This document shows, piece after piece, positions 27,429 to 41,849 of a DNA stretch of 64,000 nucleotides; position 1 is the first letter of the stretch; each line of letters begins with the position of its first letter. Where the stretch lies: NCBI GenBank assembly GCA_964016885.1, contig OZ024741.1, forward strand, positions 136,648,001-136,712,000, given 5' to 3'. The notes under the pieces are model-generated. The model worked only from the letters and a program-made list of their open reading frames with translations. It had not been told where the DNA came from and did not search any database. Source of the stretch: Eledone cirrhosa. Lineage: Eukaryota. The position numbers and the translations under genes were made by a program.

Positions 27429-27538
27429 GGAAAATGTATGACCCTGACGGCAGAGCTCAAGCCGTTTCGACGGCTATTTCTGAACTGAAATAACCGTCGA
27501 AACGGCTTGAGCTCTGCCGTCGGAGTCATACATTTTCC
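27429..27538. repeat. 110-bp near-perfect palindrome built from the 3' half of a hammerhead
   Basis: Loop tgaact at 27481-86; each strand reads ...ccgtc-GAAAC-ggc ttgagctct gcc-GTC. Confidence 0.8.
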
Positions 27539-27672
27539 TATTACCCACTCTACTACCCTAAGTATTGAGTACTCTGGTGTTTCATGGTCCATCTGGTTCC
27601 TTGCCACAATTCCTTCGTTATATATATATATATGAGAGTATTGAAGTTTGCTTGAAGCCTTGTGGAATAATA

Positions 27673-28894
27673 GGTAAATATCTTTAAGTCGTTTGGAAGC
27701 CTCGACAATGCAAATGGGTAAATCTCCGGGTAACAAGATCCGGTGGTGGAGAGAGAGATGTAAGTGGGTGTACGTTGAGATGCGTGGTGTGTATAAGACG
27801 TGTAGAAGAATGAAGGAAAGAGTATAAAGGATAAAATAAAAATAAGAACACGAGAGAAAGTTACCTTGGGAGAGATTTAATTGTCCCTATATATTTCGGA
27901 TTCACATCCATCAACTGGGTTTTTTTCCGGGGTGGGGGAAAGGTTGCCTGTCGGAAAGGTGCGAAACGCGTCCTCCGCTGTTTGTTGTTTAGAATATCTG
28001 ATGTATTCAGCAGAGCGCGCGTGCGCGTGAAATGGGGTCGGTCGGACAGAGGTCAGCGGCCGAATGTGGGAGTGGGGTGGTGCTAACTGTCAGTCCATTC
28101 TCTGCCTGTTTGTTAAATGTTACTGTGTGTGTGTGTGCGTGTGTTGTTGTCTCGCTTGAGTGTGTGTGTGTTGTTGCCTTGTTCCTCTGTATTGGCAGTG
28201 TAGTATGTTCGTATGGTGGAATGCTACTGTGTGTGTGTGCGTGTGCGTGTGTAGTTGTCTCGTTTGTGTGTGTGTGTGCGCACACACACACACACACAAA
28301 CGAGACAACTACACACGCACACGCACACACACACAGTAGCATTCCACCATACGAACATACTACACTGCCAATACAGAGGAACAAGGCAACAACACACACA
28401 CACTCAAGCGAGACAACAACACACGCACACACACACACACACAGTAACATTTAACAAACAGACAGAGAATGGACTGACAGCTAGCACCACCCCACTCCCA
28501 CATTCGGCCGCTGACCTCTGCCCGACCGACCCCATTTCACGCGCACGCGCGCTCTGCTGAATACCTCAGATATTCAAAACAACAAACAGCGGAGGCCGCG
28601 TTTCGCACCTTTCCGACAGGCAACCTTTCCCCCACTCCGGAAAAAACCCCCAGTTGATGGATGTGAATCCGAAATATATAAGGACAATTAAATCTCTCCC
28701 AAGGTAACTCTCTCTCGTGTTCTTATTTTTATTTTATTCTTTATACTCTTTCCTTCATTCTTCTACACGTCTTATACACACCACGCATCTCAACGTACAC
28801 CCACTTACATCTCTCTCTCCACCACCGGATCTTGTTACCCGGAGATTTACCCATTTGCATTGTCGAGGCTTCCAAACGACTTAAAGATATTTAC

Positions 28895-28895
<1 letters not shown>
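27673..28895. repeat. ~1.2-kb spacerless near-perfect palindrome
   Basis: ~610-bp arms meet at tgtgtgcgcacaca (centre 28279/28280); mirrored ORFs in the track (27404..27736 - / 28832.. +). Confidence 0.92.
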
Positions 28896-28974
<79 letters not shown>

Positions 28975-28976
<2 letters not shown>

Positions 28977-31436
28977 TCTGCTCAATACAAAGCTTGACCA
29001 CTCCAGTGTACATGATATTCAGTTCTAGCATGAGATCTTATGTGGCTTTTTAGACCAGACATACTTTTAAAATCCGTCCACATAAATTGCATATTAGTTA
29101 TGGTGTAGCTTGGACTGCCTGTGTATCTTGATGAATCTTGAAATGTCTCTTTAGAACTCATTGAGATTTGCAGATCTTGTGGCATATGTGGAATTGATAA
29201 GGGTGAACTGTTTTGTATATTCTATAGTCAGTAAGGAGTGCTTTATTGTGTGCTCTTATGTGAGATTGAAGTCCACAGATTCTGTTATAAACTGGACAAG
29301 TAGAGAAAATTTCGTTAATTTAATGTTCCCTTGGTGGCTGTTTCTTTTGGTAGGGTTTCTTATATTCCTCTTAATATTTATGTACATGCATATTTTTGAA
29401 TGCCAGATGGAGCGATCCACTGCATGACCTTCCAGGTTTCTGGGGTCAAATCCTACATTCTTCAAGTTCTGCTTTAATGCATCCATGAACCTTTTCTTTG
29501 GCTTACTCTGAGCAGGTTTGGGGATAAACACATTCAGCCATGCGGACAATATGTACTGACTACCGCTGTTGGTTTTTCCAAATTTTTGCCTGGATGGAAT
29601 AAATCTAGATGCAACTATAATGTCAGAGTAAGGGTTGAACGAATTCCATTTTATTTTCAAAATATGTCGTAAGCATTTTTGATGGAATCGTTCCAAAAGT
29701 CAAAAGTGATAATTGTAACACGTACAAGTTTCAGGAGAATACAGAAGAGATGATAACACGAAAGATCTATAAACAGATATTTTCGTTTCATTCTTGATAT
29801 GTCTTTGTGATAAAATCCGAGACTTTAAATTACCAAAAGATTTCGCTGCCTTTTGAATCCTCAATTATATTTCTGAATCCAATGTTCTATCTTTATTCAC
29901 TGCACTTCCAAGGTATATGAAAGATTCAACAATCTTAGGAATATTACCTTTCACATATATTTTAGATTGCTACACAACTTGTCTATGTGAAAGCTGACAT
30001 AAAACTAACGTTTTCTTTAAATTTATAGTCAAACCAAAGATATCACATGTTGAACCAAATGCAGAAATCAACAATTGCAATCCATACTCAGTATGACTGA
30101 CAAATTTACAATCATACGCATACAGTAGGTCTCGTATCAATAAGATGAACATTTTGCTCTTAAATTTCATCCTTGCTAAATTAAAGACATTTCCTATGCT
30201 ACGATATCTTACATATAATCCTTCGTTGTTGTTTTGAAAAACATGATAGAGCATGGCAGAAAAATATATTGCAAAGAGAGTAGGTGCATCAATGTTTCCC
30301 TGTTTCTATTGTAAAAGGCTCTGAGGGTCGTTCCAAAAGGACAAGTGCTAGAAGCTTACCGACAACAGACAATAAGGAAATGTCCCTAAAATTACCATAT
30401 TGGTCTTTTGCACTGGATTTGAAAAGGGAGACCAAGATAGCATCAACCTAGGCTTGTGGAGCTTCCTCCTTCCTCCAACAATAGAGTATTACATCGCGTA
30501 AAGGTTCTACCATTTTCTCACCTCCGAACTTGATAACCTCAGTATTAATACTATCCAGGCCAGGAGATTTATTGCTATTTAATTTATGTACAGAAGAAGC
30601 AATGTCATCTCTAGCTTGGTCTGATGTCATTTCCTATACAATTGGCTGGTTCTTTATTGATTCAATAATGGTTATGTTGACATTAGAGGGCCTGTTAAGG
30701 AGCTCAGAGAAATGTTCTATTCAGCGGTTCTGAATGGAGACAATATCAGTCAAGAGTGACTGACCATCTGCAGTTCTTACATGTGCTATTGAAGAGGGTT
30801 GAGGAATATACACTTTAAGGAGAAAAGTGCCTTAGTGTCCTTGCGACCTACTGCCTCTTGTACTTGGTTTTGTCTTGCTACCATTGCTGCTTAATATTTC
30901 TCAACGCATTGTACATTTTTCTTTTTAGTCACTTATAAGAATCATTATAATTAGGATTACTTGATCGAGAAAGAAATTTTTTTCAAAGATTTTGTTTGTC
31001 CTTAAGTAAGTCACATATTTCAGGGTTGTTATCTGTAACCTAGTCATTGGATCTCTTTGAGCTCTTACCTACTGATGCAGATGCAGTCTGGAACATTTTT
31101 ATCTTAAAATATTCCCAAAGATTTCTCGATCAAGCGTGATATTATCTAATACACGAACGAAAATTGTGAATAACATCGAAAGACTTGAAATTTGCCACAT
31201 TAAATTTCTTTGGTACTTTAGTCCCGGAGTGTCTAGCTTTTGGTGTTGTAGTTGAATTGGGTTGAATTGGGTTTGGCCCTGACTATTCAATGGTCAGTCC
31301 AGCACTCTGCCCCTCTCATTGTGCGCACACTACATACATCTTTTGCATCATATTTTTTAACTAAAATACAGTCAATGAGATGCCAGTCCTTAGACCTTGG
31401 ATTCATCCAAGTTGTCCTATATTTATCTTTCTGCTG
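28975..31436 (-). mobile_element. Degenerate RTE-BovB-like LINE
   Basis: KSPGLDSI, DLLYAYD, FGLTINLKKT, ERFHQKCLRHILKIKW, C-terminal KSMSGLKSHIRSH; 3' end at (TA)n. Confidence 0.85.
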
Positions 31437-32575
31437 AAAGAGAACTCACGAACTTACAATTATGAATCGAATACCTTAACCATTGAGCCACGCGCTTTCA
31501 TTACGTGACTTGCTATGCCACCAGTTGTGGAAATAACAGTCACCTGACATGTGTGCATAACTGAATTCGTAGGAAGACCTTTTAATTCTGGTGAGTTGCT
31601 TCACGTGGTGGCACCCAGTACTTCATGAATCTCAGATTCTATTAAACACATGGCTCGTGCAACCGTTAAAGTTAAATAGTGAAGACCTCAGATGGGATGA
31701 ATTAATGAACATTAAAAGATCACAGTGTTATATAGATTTGTATAAATCTTCCGAGAAGAAAAGGAAATATAACAACGCTATGGAAATATTTAAAGTAATG
31801 GAGAGCGTCGTAAGGTGTTAGGACCTGTCACTTGATTTGGTGTGGGTGTGTATGACTGTATAGTAGAATATGAAGATTTAGTAAATTGTTTTGTGTAGTC
31901 AGAGCAAGTATTTCAAAAGCTAGGTTGGTCAGCTTATCAAACAGTAAGTAGTTAAAATAATGTTATTTGTAAGAATGGTGCACAAACCTGGAAATAGACG
32001 ATACACATATTATAGAGTTAACCTAGGGCGCTAAATATCGAGGCTTCAGCTCTGATTAAACGAACACCTTTCGAAACTGTTCTGCAATAACTTGTTAAAG
32101 GTGTGCTGATATTTACCTGGAATCGGACCACAAATATACCCCTCCAGTCCCCCAAAGATCTGTTTGGTGGTTTATATATATATGCTTGTCCTGTCCTACG
32201 TTCATTCTCTATACAAATTCGAATGGCACCTCTATCCCCGTATTTTAGAGCACAAACACTGGGAGGAATAATGCAACCTTTATATCTTCCGTCGAGGCTA
32301 TGGCCAGTCATATTCTCCGCTAGCATCATGTCTTTCCCAAAAGCTCGGGTACTTCGTCAAGGTGTTTGTCGCCCTGTATTAGATCTACACTGTGGGCCAC
32401 ATTCTCCTCAGTTTTGAGCCCCATTCTCCCAAATAAAATTATTTCAACTTACAGTTTGGCAAGCAAAAAAACTTAAGTTTTAACACATCTGTTATAACCG
32501 CACTAAGAATATTACTAAACCTCCATTTTCTACTATACAATTCACATTCGCTCACGCCAAATCACTATACGTCCT

Positions 32576-33283
32576 TCACTGCTTTTGATATTTCCACAAC
32601 GCAGCTACGCGGCATAGTTGTATAGTGATCACTGAAAGGCGATGGAATATCTTGAGGCCGTTTTCACGAATGATGGAAGGCAGGAGGCTGAATTCATTGT
32701 TTTCATAAAAAGCTCCTGTAATTCTTGCCGATGCACTAATGCGCCAGCTTAAGCATTCAGTAATCAAAAGAAGAGAGGTTGATGTAAAAGCCAAACTTGC
32801 TATCTTCAATTCAGTATACGTGCCAACCCTTACCTATGATCAGGAATCTTAGGTAATGACCGAAAGAATACGATCACGGATACAAACGTCCGAAATAGGG
32901 TTTCTCCGAAGGGTTTTAGGGATAGCGTTACTCGATAGAGTGTGTAGCTCAGAAGTCAGAGAGTCACTTCAGGTAGAGCCACTACTTCTCCGAATTGGGA
33001 GATCAAAACTCCGATAGTATGGGCATGTGGTTAGAATGTCTCAGATAAGAATCAATGGACAGATTTTATGGGCAAAACCAACCGCTGTAGACCCCGAGCA
33101 AGATGTTTGGATAACATCCATCAGCTTGACTGGTCTCGCCTGGGGATCCAACCGGATAAGTTGAAACCGGTTACTTCTGAAAGAACCCACTGGAAGGCGT
33201 GTTTGATGACTCTAACCCCACAACCCAATCAAGAAGAAGAAGAAGAAGAAGAAGAAGAAGAAGAAGAAGAAGATGATGATGAT
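32576..33283 (+). mobile_element. RTE-clade LINE 3' fragment with (GAA)n/(GAT)n tail
   Basis: KAKLAIFNSVYVPTLTY, RPRARCLDNI; tail at 33231-33283. Confidence 0.75.
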
Positions 33284-33429
33284 AATTGGTTAGGTGGGCG
33301 GGACATCGTTGTTACAGTAACATGTTTGAAAAATGACAAGAATGACTTTTCTGATGTTTGTTATTCCTTAATAGTCAAGTGTTTTACTATGGGATGACAA
33401 CTATCAGAAAGTCATACTTATTTCATTTA

Positions 33430-34299
<870 letters not shown>

Positions 34300-34301
<2 letters not shown>

Positions 34302-35092
34302 TGAATTTGTTTTGCAAGGTTTTTGGCTACAACCAAAGAGACAGAATCAGAGTATACAAAGGAGCCACGGAGAAGTATAAGACCCTCACAGAAATGGAAA
34401 CGAAAGGGATTTGCCCATTATACAGGAGAAAATCATAGAATAGCTTAGATAGGACTAGACATAAGATAGGGAAAGCCACTTCATGGTACGACAACCAGAG
34501 ATACTAGAGTGTCATGTTCGTGGATGCTATCCCTGGGGGGGGGGGATTAGCTAACCAATGTAGAAAAGCCCTAAGAAAGACCCACTTAAAGATTAAAGTG
34601 GTAGAAAATACAGGGACTACCATAAAATCTATGATCAGCAAAACATACCCCTTTAAGAAAACCCACTGTACTAATAAGAAAGGTGTTATATGTAAAATGA
34701 ACCCCCAGATAAACTGTAAAACTAGAAATGTAATCTATGGCATAAGATGTACAGAGGGTACTTGCAGAAACATGACAACAACATACATAAGTGAGACAGC
34801 TTGAAGCATAGGAGAAAGTATAGACCATCACTGGGGGGGGGGGGGGGGGTGTAAAAGGACAAAAAAACGGTTCAGTACTATACGAACACGCCAGACAAAG
34901 ACATGACGGTAATATAGACAACATAGAAATTAAAATAATATCTAAACATAGAAATGACCCAACAGGTAGGCAAATCAGAGCAGCAACTGAAATAGAGCTT
35001 AGAAAACCAAAGTTAAACAGAAAAAACGAATGGAATAACAACAACAACTATACCCAAACAAACAATACTGACTTAAGGGAAATATAAATAGA

Positions 35093-35123
<31 letters not shown>

Positions 35124-35282
35124 ATATATACACAAGTACAATAACAATAAACACATATAAAGGCACACTAGTAAACAAAGATAGTATACAAAAACCAAAA
35201 CACATACACTCAAACGCAAACACACACACCAAACGTTATACACACACGCAAACGCATGCACAGAGACGGAGACAAAAACAAA

Positions 35283-35329
<47 letters not shown>

Positions 35330-35600
35330 AATAAAAATAGCGTAAACATTACAATAAATTAGGAGGGAACATGATAATGGTTCCACTGATGATGTTGCAG
35401 ATGTGCAACGAAAGAACTTTGGTAGACTATATATATATATTTATATCTGTATTGTTAACGTTGATCAATCAATGATAAGCAGTGATTGCCAAATAAATTT
35501 ACTATGGAGACATAAAAGATACAGAGGCGAAAACCAACCAGACAGTGAGTGTGTTCTGTTATTTCTGGCAATATTATTACAACAATATATATAAATTTCG
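34300..35600 (+). mobile_element. 5'-truncated, frameshifted Penelope-like element (3' ORF, GIY-YIG, 3' UTR with HHR)
   Basis: MFVDAIPGG, NCKTRNVIYGIRC, YISETA; close relative of 45340-46570. Confidence 0.85.
35383..35422 (+). ncRNA. Minimal hammerhead motif in PLE 3' UTR
   Basis: cca-CTGATGA-t gttgca gatg tgcaac-GAAAG-aa-CTT-tgg. Confidence 0.7.
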
Positions 35601-35759
35601 TTTCTGAATTTGTTTAGCAAGATTCTTTATCTGAAAACGTGTGTTGAAACCGATATGTTATACTTTGGGAGGGTCATGATGCCAATAAGAAACACACGCA
35701 CCAGTTGCTTTCACTTCAATTTATTATAATAAATTTATAAATTTAGGAATTTATAAATT

Positions 35760-38253
35760 TCCGGTTGGTTGGTTGGTTCCACAATCAGATGGTTGTTTAT
35801 ATATTGTCAAAGTTCTTTCGTCACACATTCTGTGACCTCTTCAGTGAGTGGGGATTATTTTCTTTGTTTTTTTTGTGCCTCTCCTTTGTTCTGTCCTACG
35901 CCATCTTGTTTTTGTGTGTGTGTTGTGTGCCTAGTTTGCGCATGTGTTACATCCGGGTGTCTGTGGGTGTTTATATTCGTTTATTTATTTGTTTATTTAC
36001 ATGTTACTGGTTGGTTGTTTGTTCTATGTGCGTGTGTGTTTTAATTTTGTCCTTAATTGTAAGTTGTGATGTTGCTGTTCCACTCATGTTTTCTATTTAA
36101 TTTTGGTTGTAATTCATTTATGTTTATTGCCTCTGTGATTTGTCTAAACATTGCGTCTTTTCTGTGTGTAGATTCTATTTTAATTTCTATGTTCTCTAAT
36201 TTACCTTTATGTACTATTTTAGCATGTTGGTAGAGTACAGATGATTCTTTACTATCTTGAAGGTCTCGCCAGTGTTCATTTATCCGTTCCCCTATACTAC
36301 GAGCTGTCTCACCTATGTACACTATATTTTTATCTCTACATTGGCCTTCAGTACATCTTATGCTATATACTACATTTCTAGTTTTACAGTTAATATGGGG
36401 GCTTAATTTACAGATTATACATTTCTTATCTATACAGGGAGGTCTTTGAAAAGGGTATGTATTGCTAATAAGTATTTTTATGGAGGTACCTGGTATTTCT
36501 ACTATCTTAATATTGAGTTTATGTTTATCTAGGGCCCTTCTAAATTTGTAAGCTAATTTACCTCTAGGGGTTGTATCGATGAACATTACACTCTGGTATT
36601 TATTGCTATCAAACCATGAGTTTATTTTATTAGCCTTATTCCTAGTTCTTTCTATTCTATTCCAAAATTTGCTCCTATACAAGGGGCAGGTCCCATTTGT
36701 GTCATTATTTGCCATTTGGTTCTGGCTCCTCTATACACTCTGATTTTATCTCTCTGATTGTAACCAGAGAACTGCATACGGTGGATGAAGTGTTGTATGT
36801 GTCTCTCTAGTTCTTCGGGGTTGCACATGCGGGACACGTTTCTCATCACCCGTACCAAATCCGCAATCAGTATGTTGATTTTGGTATGGTCCGAAACAGC
36901 TGAGTTTCGGTGGATCAGATATTTGGAAGTCATGGGTTTGGCATAATGGGAATGGAGGATTTGTTTTTTGTTATTAATGGTATCTAACAAGAGCTCTGTG
37001 TCTAGTACAGGTAATCGATGGTTGGGGTGCTTGCTTGGGTTGTCTATAGTAACTCTAATACTCTGGTGGATGGAGTTAGCTATTTGCTGGATGCTTTCCA
37101 TTGTGTTTTTCTCTAATTCCTGATTGTTCTCTAGTGGGGGTGTTTTAACTACGATGTTTATATCATCAACGTAGCGGGAGTACATTATCAGGGTTAAGCT
37201 GTCTTCTAATTGTTCTTTAAGTTTAAGTTTAAGTCTACTGTCCCACCATAACATGAATAGGTTAGCTATGTCGCCTGCAATGCTAACCCCAATGGCTGCT
37301 CCCTCCTCTTGGGCATATGTTTTTCCATTAAATTTGAACATATGTTCATTAAGGGTTAATTTTATGCTGGCCCCCACCGCATGTGCAATCATTTTCTTTA
37401 AGTTCATCATGGTTTTCGGGGGTCCGTATGACTCTGGTCCACCCGTTCCATCTATCTGTGTGGGTTTTCTTGGCCATTGAGGTAATGGTAGGTGGTCTGC
37501 CTCTTGCTGGTCTTGTAGGGCACAGGTTGCTAAGGTCATATGTGTCTAGATAATTATTACTATAGGTAAGTTTAAGTAGGAGTCCCAGCTCACTAGTATC
37601 AATCCCACGGAATTCAACATTGCCCTCACTGATCATTTCTACGCATTTCTCCACAGCAAAATCCACGTCAATAGATGGATACAGGGACACAACATCCATA
37701 CTACCTATTATGCAGTTTGTTAGGTCCCTAGATCGGTTACTCTCGCCGATTCTGCTGAGGAGGTCCTCCGTGCTGTCACATACATCTGAGGACATTTCAA
37801 TGATGGGGCGTATGATCAGGGAGAGGAGGTAGGACAGTCTGTAGTTACCAGCAATGTTAGCTCCACAGACTGGCCGTGTTGGTGGTCTCGTCACGGAGTC
37901 ACTGCTCGTTTTATGGTCTTTTCGAAGCCCATACAACGCTGGAACGTCATTGTTCCAGGCCTGGACAAAAAACAAATCCTCCATTCCCATTATGCCAAAC
38001 CCATGACTTCCAAATATCTGATCCACCGAAACTCAGCTGTTTCGGACCATACCAAAATCAACATACTGATTGCGGATTTGGTACGGGTGATGAGAAACGT
38101 GTCCCGCATGTGCAACCCCGAAGAACTAGAGAGACACATACAACACTTCATCCACCGTATGCAGTTCTCTGGTTACAATCAGAGAGATAAAATCAGAGTG
38201 TATAGAGGAGCCAGAACCAAATGGGAAAAAATGGCAAATAATGACACAAATGG
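35760..38253 (-). mobile_element. Penelope-like element (RT plus C-terminal GIY-YIG, frameshifted) with 5' inverted duplication at 37965-38253
   Basis: GLRKDHK, PTRPVCG, SMDVVSLYPSI, YSRYVDD, NVVYSIRC..YIGETARSIGER; 37965-38253 is the reverse complement of 36693-36971. Confidence 0.92.
35807..35847 (-). ncRNA. Minimal hammerhead motif in PLE 3' UTR
   Basis: tca-CTGAAGA-g gtcaca gaatg tgtgac-GAAAG-aa-CTT-tga. Confidence 0.7.
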
Positions 38254-40150
38254 CAGCAACCTCCTCTGTTTCAGGTCGGTTGTAACAGTGGTGATGTTCC
38301 CTAACAGGAGTCCTGTCACTTCTAATAACAACCTTAAAGTTGGCATTGTCTGCCCGGTGTCGTTGAATAGCCGTTTTAAATTGGTTAATATACCGGTTGT
38401 GCTCATGAAGCATTTCCTGAAGATGTCCATGAACAGCCGTGTATGTGCCTGGAGCAACAGCAGCCCTATGTGCAATTTGCTCCCTCTCTGGTCCCATGAA
38501 GTATATCTGAAGAAAATTATAATGAGAAGCATCTGTTGGTAGAAGAGAACTGATTAAATGGTACGTCTGTCCCTCAATGGTAAAAGTGGGATTAAAGTTT
38601 CCATAAGATATGGGCTTATGACCAAAACTTGTCATTTGAAATGCAGAATTGTATGCCCATATTCGGTTCATGAAATCTTGAGAATATGGATGCTCACCAA
38701 GCAGAAGGGACTTTAAAGGCTGTGGAGTTTCAGGGCTGTTGGGTAGACAAACCTTTCCATTTGAGCAGCATAGACCACCAGGCTATCCTGACCAAGTGTA
38801 GACAGATTTTGGACATACGACCAATGGCAACATCTTTGTGGTCAGCATAATTTTCAGAGGGGTCATAATGAAAGGCTTTAAAAAACCATCTCATAGGCTT
38901 TGATGCACCAAGCAGAACAGCTGTACGATGCGCATTTATTTGTAATCGAGTAGTTCTTTCAAGCAATGTTTCAGAAGCTATCGCAGCAGTCCGATAAGCA
39001 CAATCGGAAGCCTGGCGACGTATGCGTCTCCGCAGCTCTCGAGGCAGCATTCGTGGCAGCATTGCGTTTTCTTCGAGTTGCACTCTGTTCAGGTGTCTCA
39101 GCATCTCTTGAGGCAGCAGTCGCGGCAGCATTGCGTTTTCTTCGAGTTGCACTCTGTTCAGGTGTCTCCGCAGCTCTTGAGGCAGCAGTCGTGGCAGCAT
39201 ACAGCACTAACGGAATAGTACGTTCCTCTGTAGACTCATTTGATCATGAAGCAGCAGTGGTTTGTGCATTTTTTGCCGTACGGGCCGCAAGTTTTCTACT
39301 GAGTATCGATGTGATGAATGCGAAGTATTGAGTCTTGCGTTGTAGGCAGCTAATGTCGATAACCTAGTTGTCCTCTGCTCCTCAGTTTCATTAGCTCGAC
39401 GGTGCTTTTCCTTAACCACACCGGTCGACAATCTGCTGAGGCAACTTTATTTTTTCCTCGAGGCATCGAAACGAAATGTGTAAAGTAGACACGATATAAC
39501 AGAATGGAATGTAAAAATAAAGATTAATAGTAAAATGTATTTGAAGTACATGTAGCGGTAGAACGTTGGAAATGTACAGGGTATGTAAGTTAATAATAAA
39601 ATTGTGTCAGAAACGTAGTCTAATCAATGCGAAAAAATAGAATAATTGTAATTCTTTGATGTATAAACCATCCTTTAGATAAATTTAAGCATAATATTGT
39701 AAAAGTTATGAGAAAAGTTATGAGATCAGTTAATATGAACATCAAGCTTTTAACTTAGTAATCTGTTAGAAATTGGTGGTTGTGAAATATACGAAATGAT
39801 CTTGTTATTATCTTTGTTCAAGTAGAAAGATTAAATTAAAACCCGAATGAGGCTAATTACGAAAGATAACGCTTGATTAGGAAAGATAACTCTTTTCTTA
39901 CTTAATCACGAAAATCCACACAAATAACCGAAAATTTTTTAATGTCTCCAAAGGCCCCAATATCGATTTTTGAAAGCCTTTGTAGATCATGTACAGGTGT
40001 TGTGCAAGGAGAAGCTCTGTAAAAAATTTCAAAGAAATCGCATGAATGGTTTAGAATATATGAGCCCTCATTAAAAAAGCTCGACACACACACACACATA
40101 CACACATACACACATACATACAGAAATTTTCAGATTTATATATATACAGA
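38254..40150 (-). mobile_element. Helitron 5' portion (degenerate RepHel N-terminus), 3'-truncated
   Basis: A|TC-TGTATATATATAAA 5' terminus at 40150; ETPEQSATRR repeats; DVAIGRMSKIC; NSAFQMTSFG..FTIEGQTYHLISSLLP..FLQIYF. Confidence 0.85.
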
Positions 40151-40182
40151 TATATATGTGTGTGTGTGTGTGTGTGTATTAC

Positions 40183-40645
<463 letters not shown>

Positions 40646-40868
40646 CAATTAAGTTAAAAATGTACATCTACATGTGCATACTGAAATACTAGTGTGTATA
40701 TGAATACACACACGTATACATATGTAGGTGTACCAAGTCTTTCAGTGGTTGCTTTACTGTGAGCAGCCCAGCTATTCTGTATGTAAACACACAGACAAAC
40801 CGGTTTTTAGAGTCATACTGGTTTTCGGGGGAACACCTTCCCTCTATTCTCCAGAAAGCCAGACAAGG

Positions 40869-40913
40869 AATATTGAACTAGTTTCGTTGTTGTTACAACT
40901 CATCAGCAATATT
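40869..40913 (-). ncRNA. Hammerhead motif in the inverted unit, intact core
   Basis: Reverse complement of 41338-41382. Confidence 0.8.
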
Positions 40914-41337
40914 TACCTATCTACCGGCCCTTCTGGAGAATTGTAAAAGCACATATCGTTATATGCTTTTTCTATGAAAACCGGTTTGTCTGTGTGTTTA
41001 CATACAGAATAGCTGGGCTGCTCACAGTAAAGCAACCAGTGAAAGTCTTGGTACACCTACATATGTATACGTGTGTGTATTCATATACACACTAGTATTT
41101 CAGTATGCATATGTAGATGTACATTTTTAACTTAATTGTTTAAGCGTCAGTCATACAAAAGTGAGTTACAAACGAAACGAAATTTAATTTCGTTTCGTTA
41201 TTTGTTTTTATCGTCTCCGCTGAACCGGTGCGTACTCACACTCTATGCAAATTAGTCTGCCCACTACTAATTTTCATAGAAAAAGCATATAACGATATGT
41301 GCTTTTACAATTCTCCAGAAGGGCCGGTAGATAGGTA

Positions 41338-41382
41338 AATATTGCTGATGAGTTGTAACAACAACGAAACTAGTTCAATATT
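41338..41382 (+). ncRNA. Minimal type I hammerhead motif, intact core
   Basis: aatattg-CTGATGA-gttgt aaca acaac-GAAAC-ta-GTT-caatatt; palindromic ACTAGT stem III. Confidence 0.85.
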
Positions 41383-41804
41383 CCTTGTCTGGCTTTCTGG
41401 AGAATAGAGGGAAGGTGTTCCCCCGAAAACCAGTATGACTCTAAAAACCGGTTTGTCTGTGTGTTTACATACAGAATAGCTGGGCTGCTCACAGTAAAGC
41501 AACCAGTGAAAGACTTGGTACACCTACATATGTATACGTGTGTGTATTCATATACACACTAGTATTTCAGTATGCATATGTAGATGTACATTTTTAACTT
41601 AATTGTTTAAGCGTCAGTCATACAAAAATGAGTTACAAACGAAACGAAATTTAATTTCGTTTCGTTATTTGTTTTTATCGTCTCCGCTGAACCGGTGCGT
41701 ACTCACACTCTATGCAAATTAGTCTGCCCACTACTAATTTTCATAGAAAAAGCATATAACGATATGTGCTTTTACAATTCTCCAGAAGGGCCGGTAGATA
41801 GGTA

Positions 41805-41849
41805 AATATTGCAGATGAGTTGTAACAACAACGAAACTAGTTCAATATT
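41805..41849 (+). ncRNA. Hammerhead copy with core mutation (CAGATGA)
   Basis: Same as 41338-41382 except T>A at 41813. Confidence 0.7.

Noticed and set aside
31950-32500. ORFs 32018..32329 and 32103..32417 as host exons
   Set aside because: No recognisable domain or consistent splice sites; probably an unidentified decayed repeat.
37913-38671. Chimeric PLE-Helitron ORFs (209 aa +, 181 aa -) as a novel fusion protein
   Set aside because: Chance read-through across a junction where the two elements are in opposite orientation.
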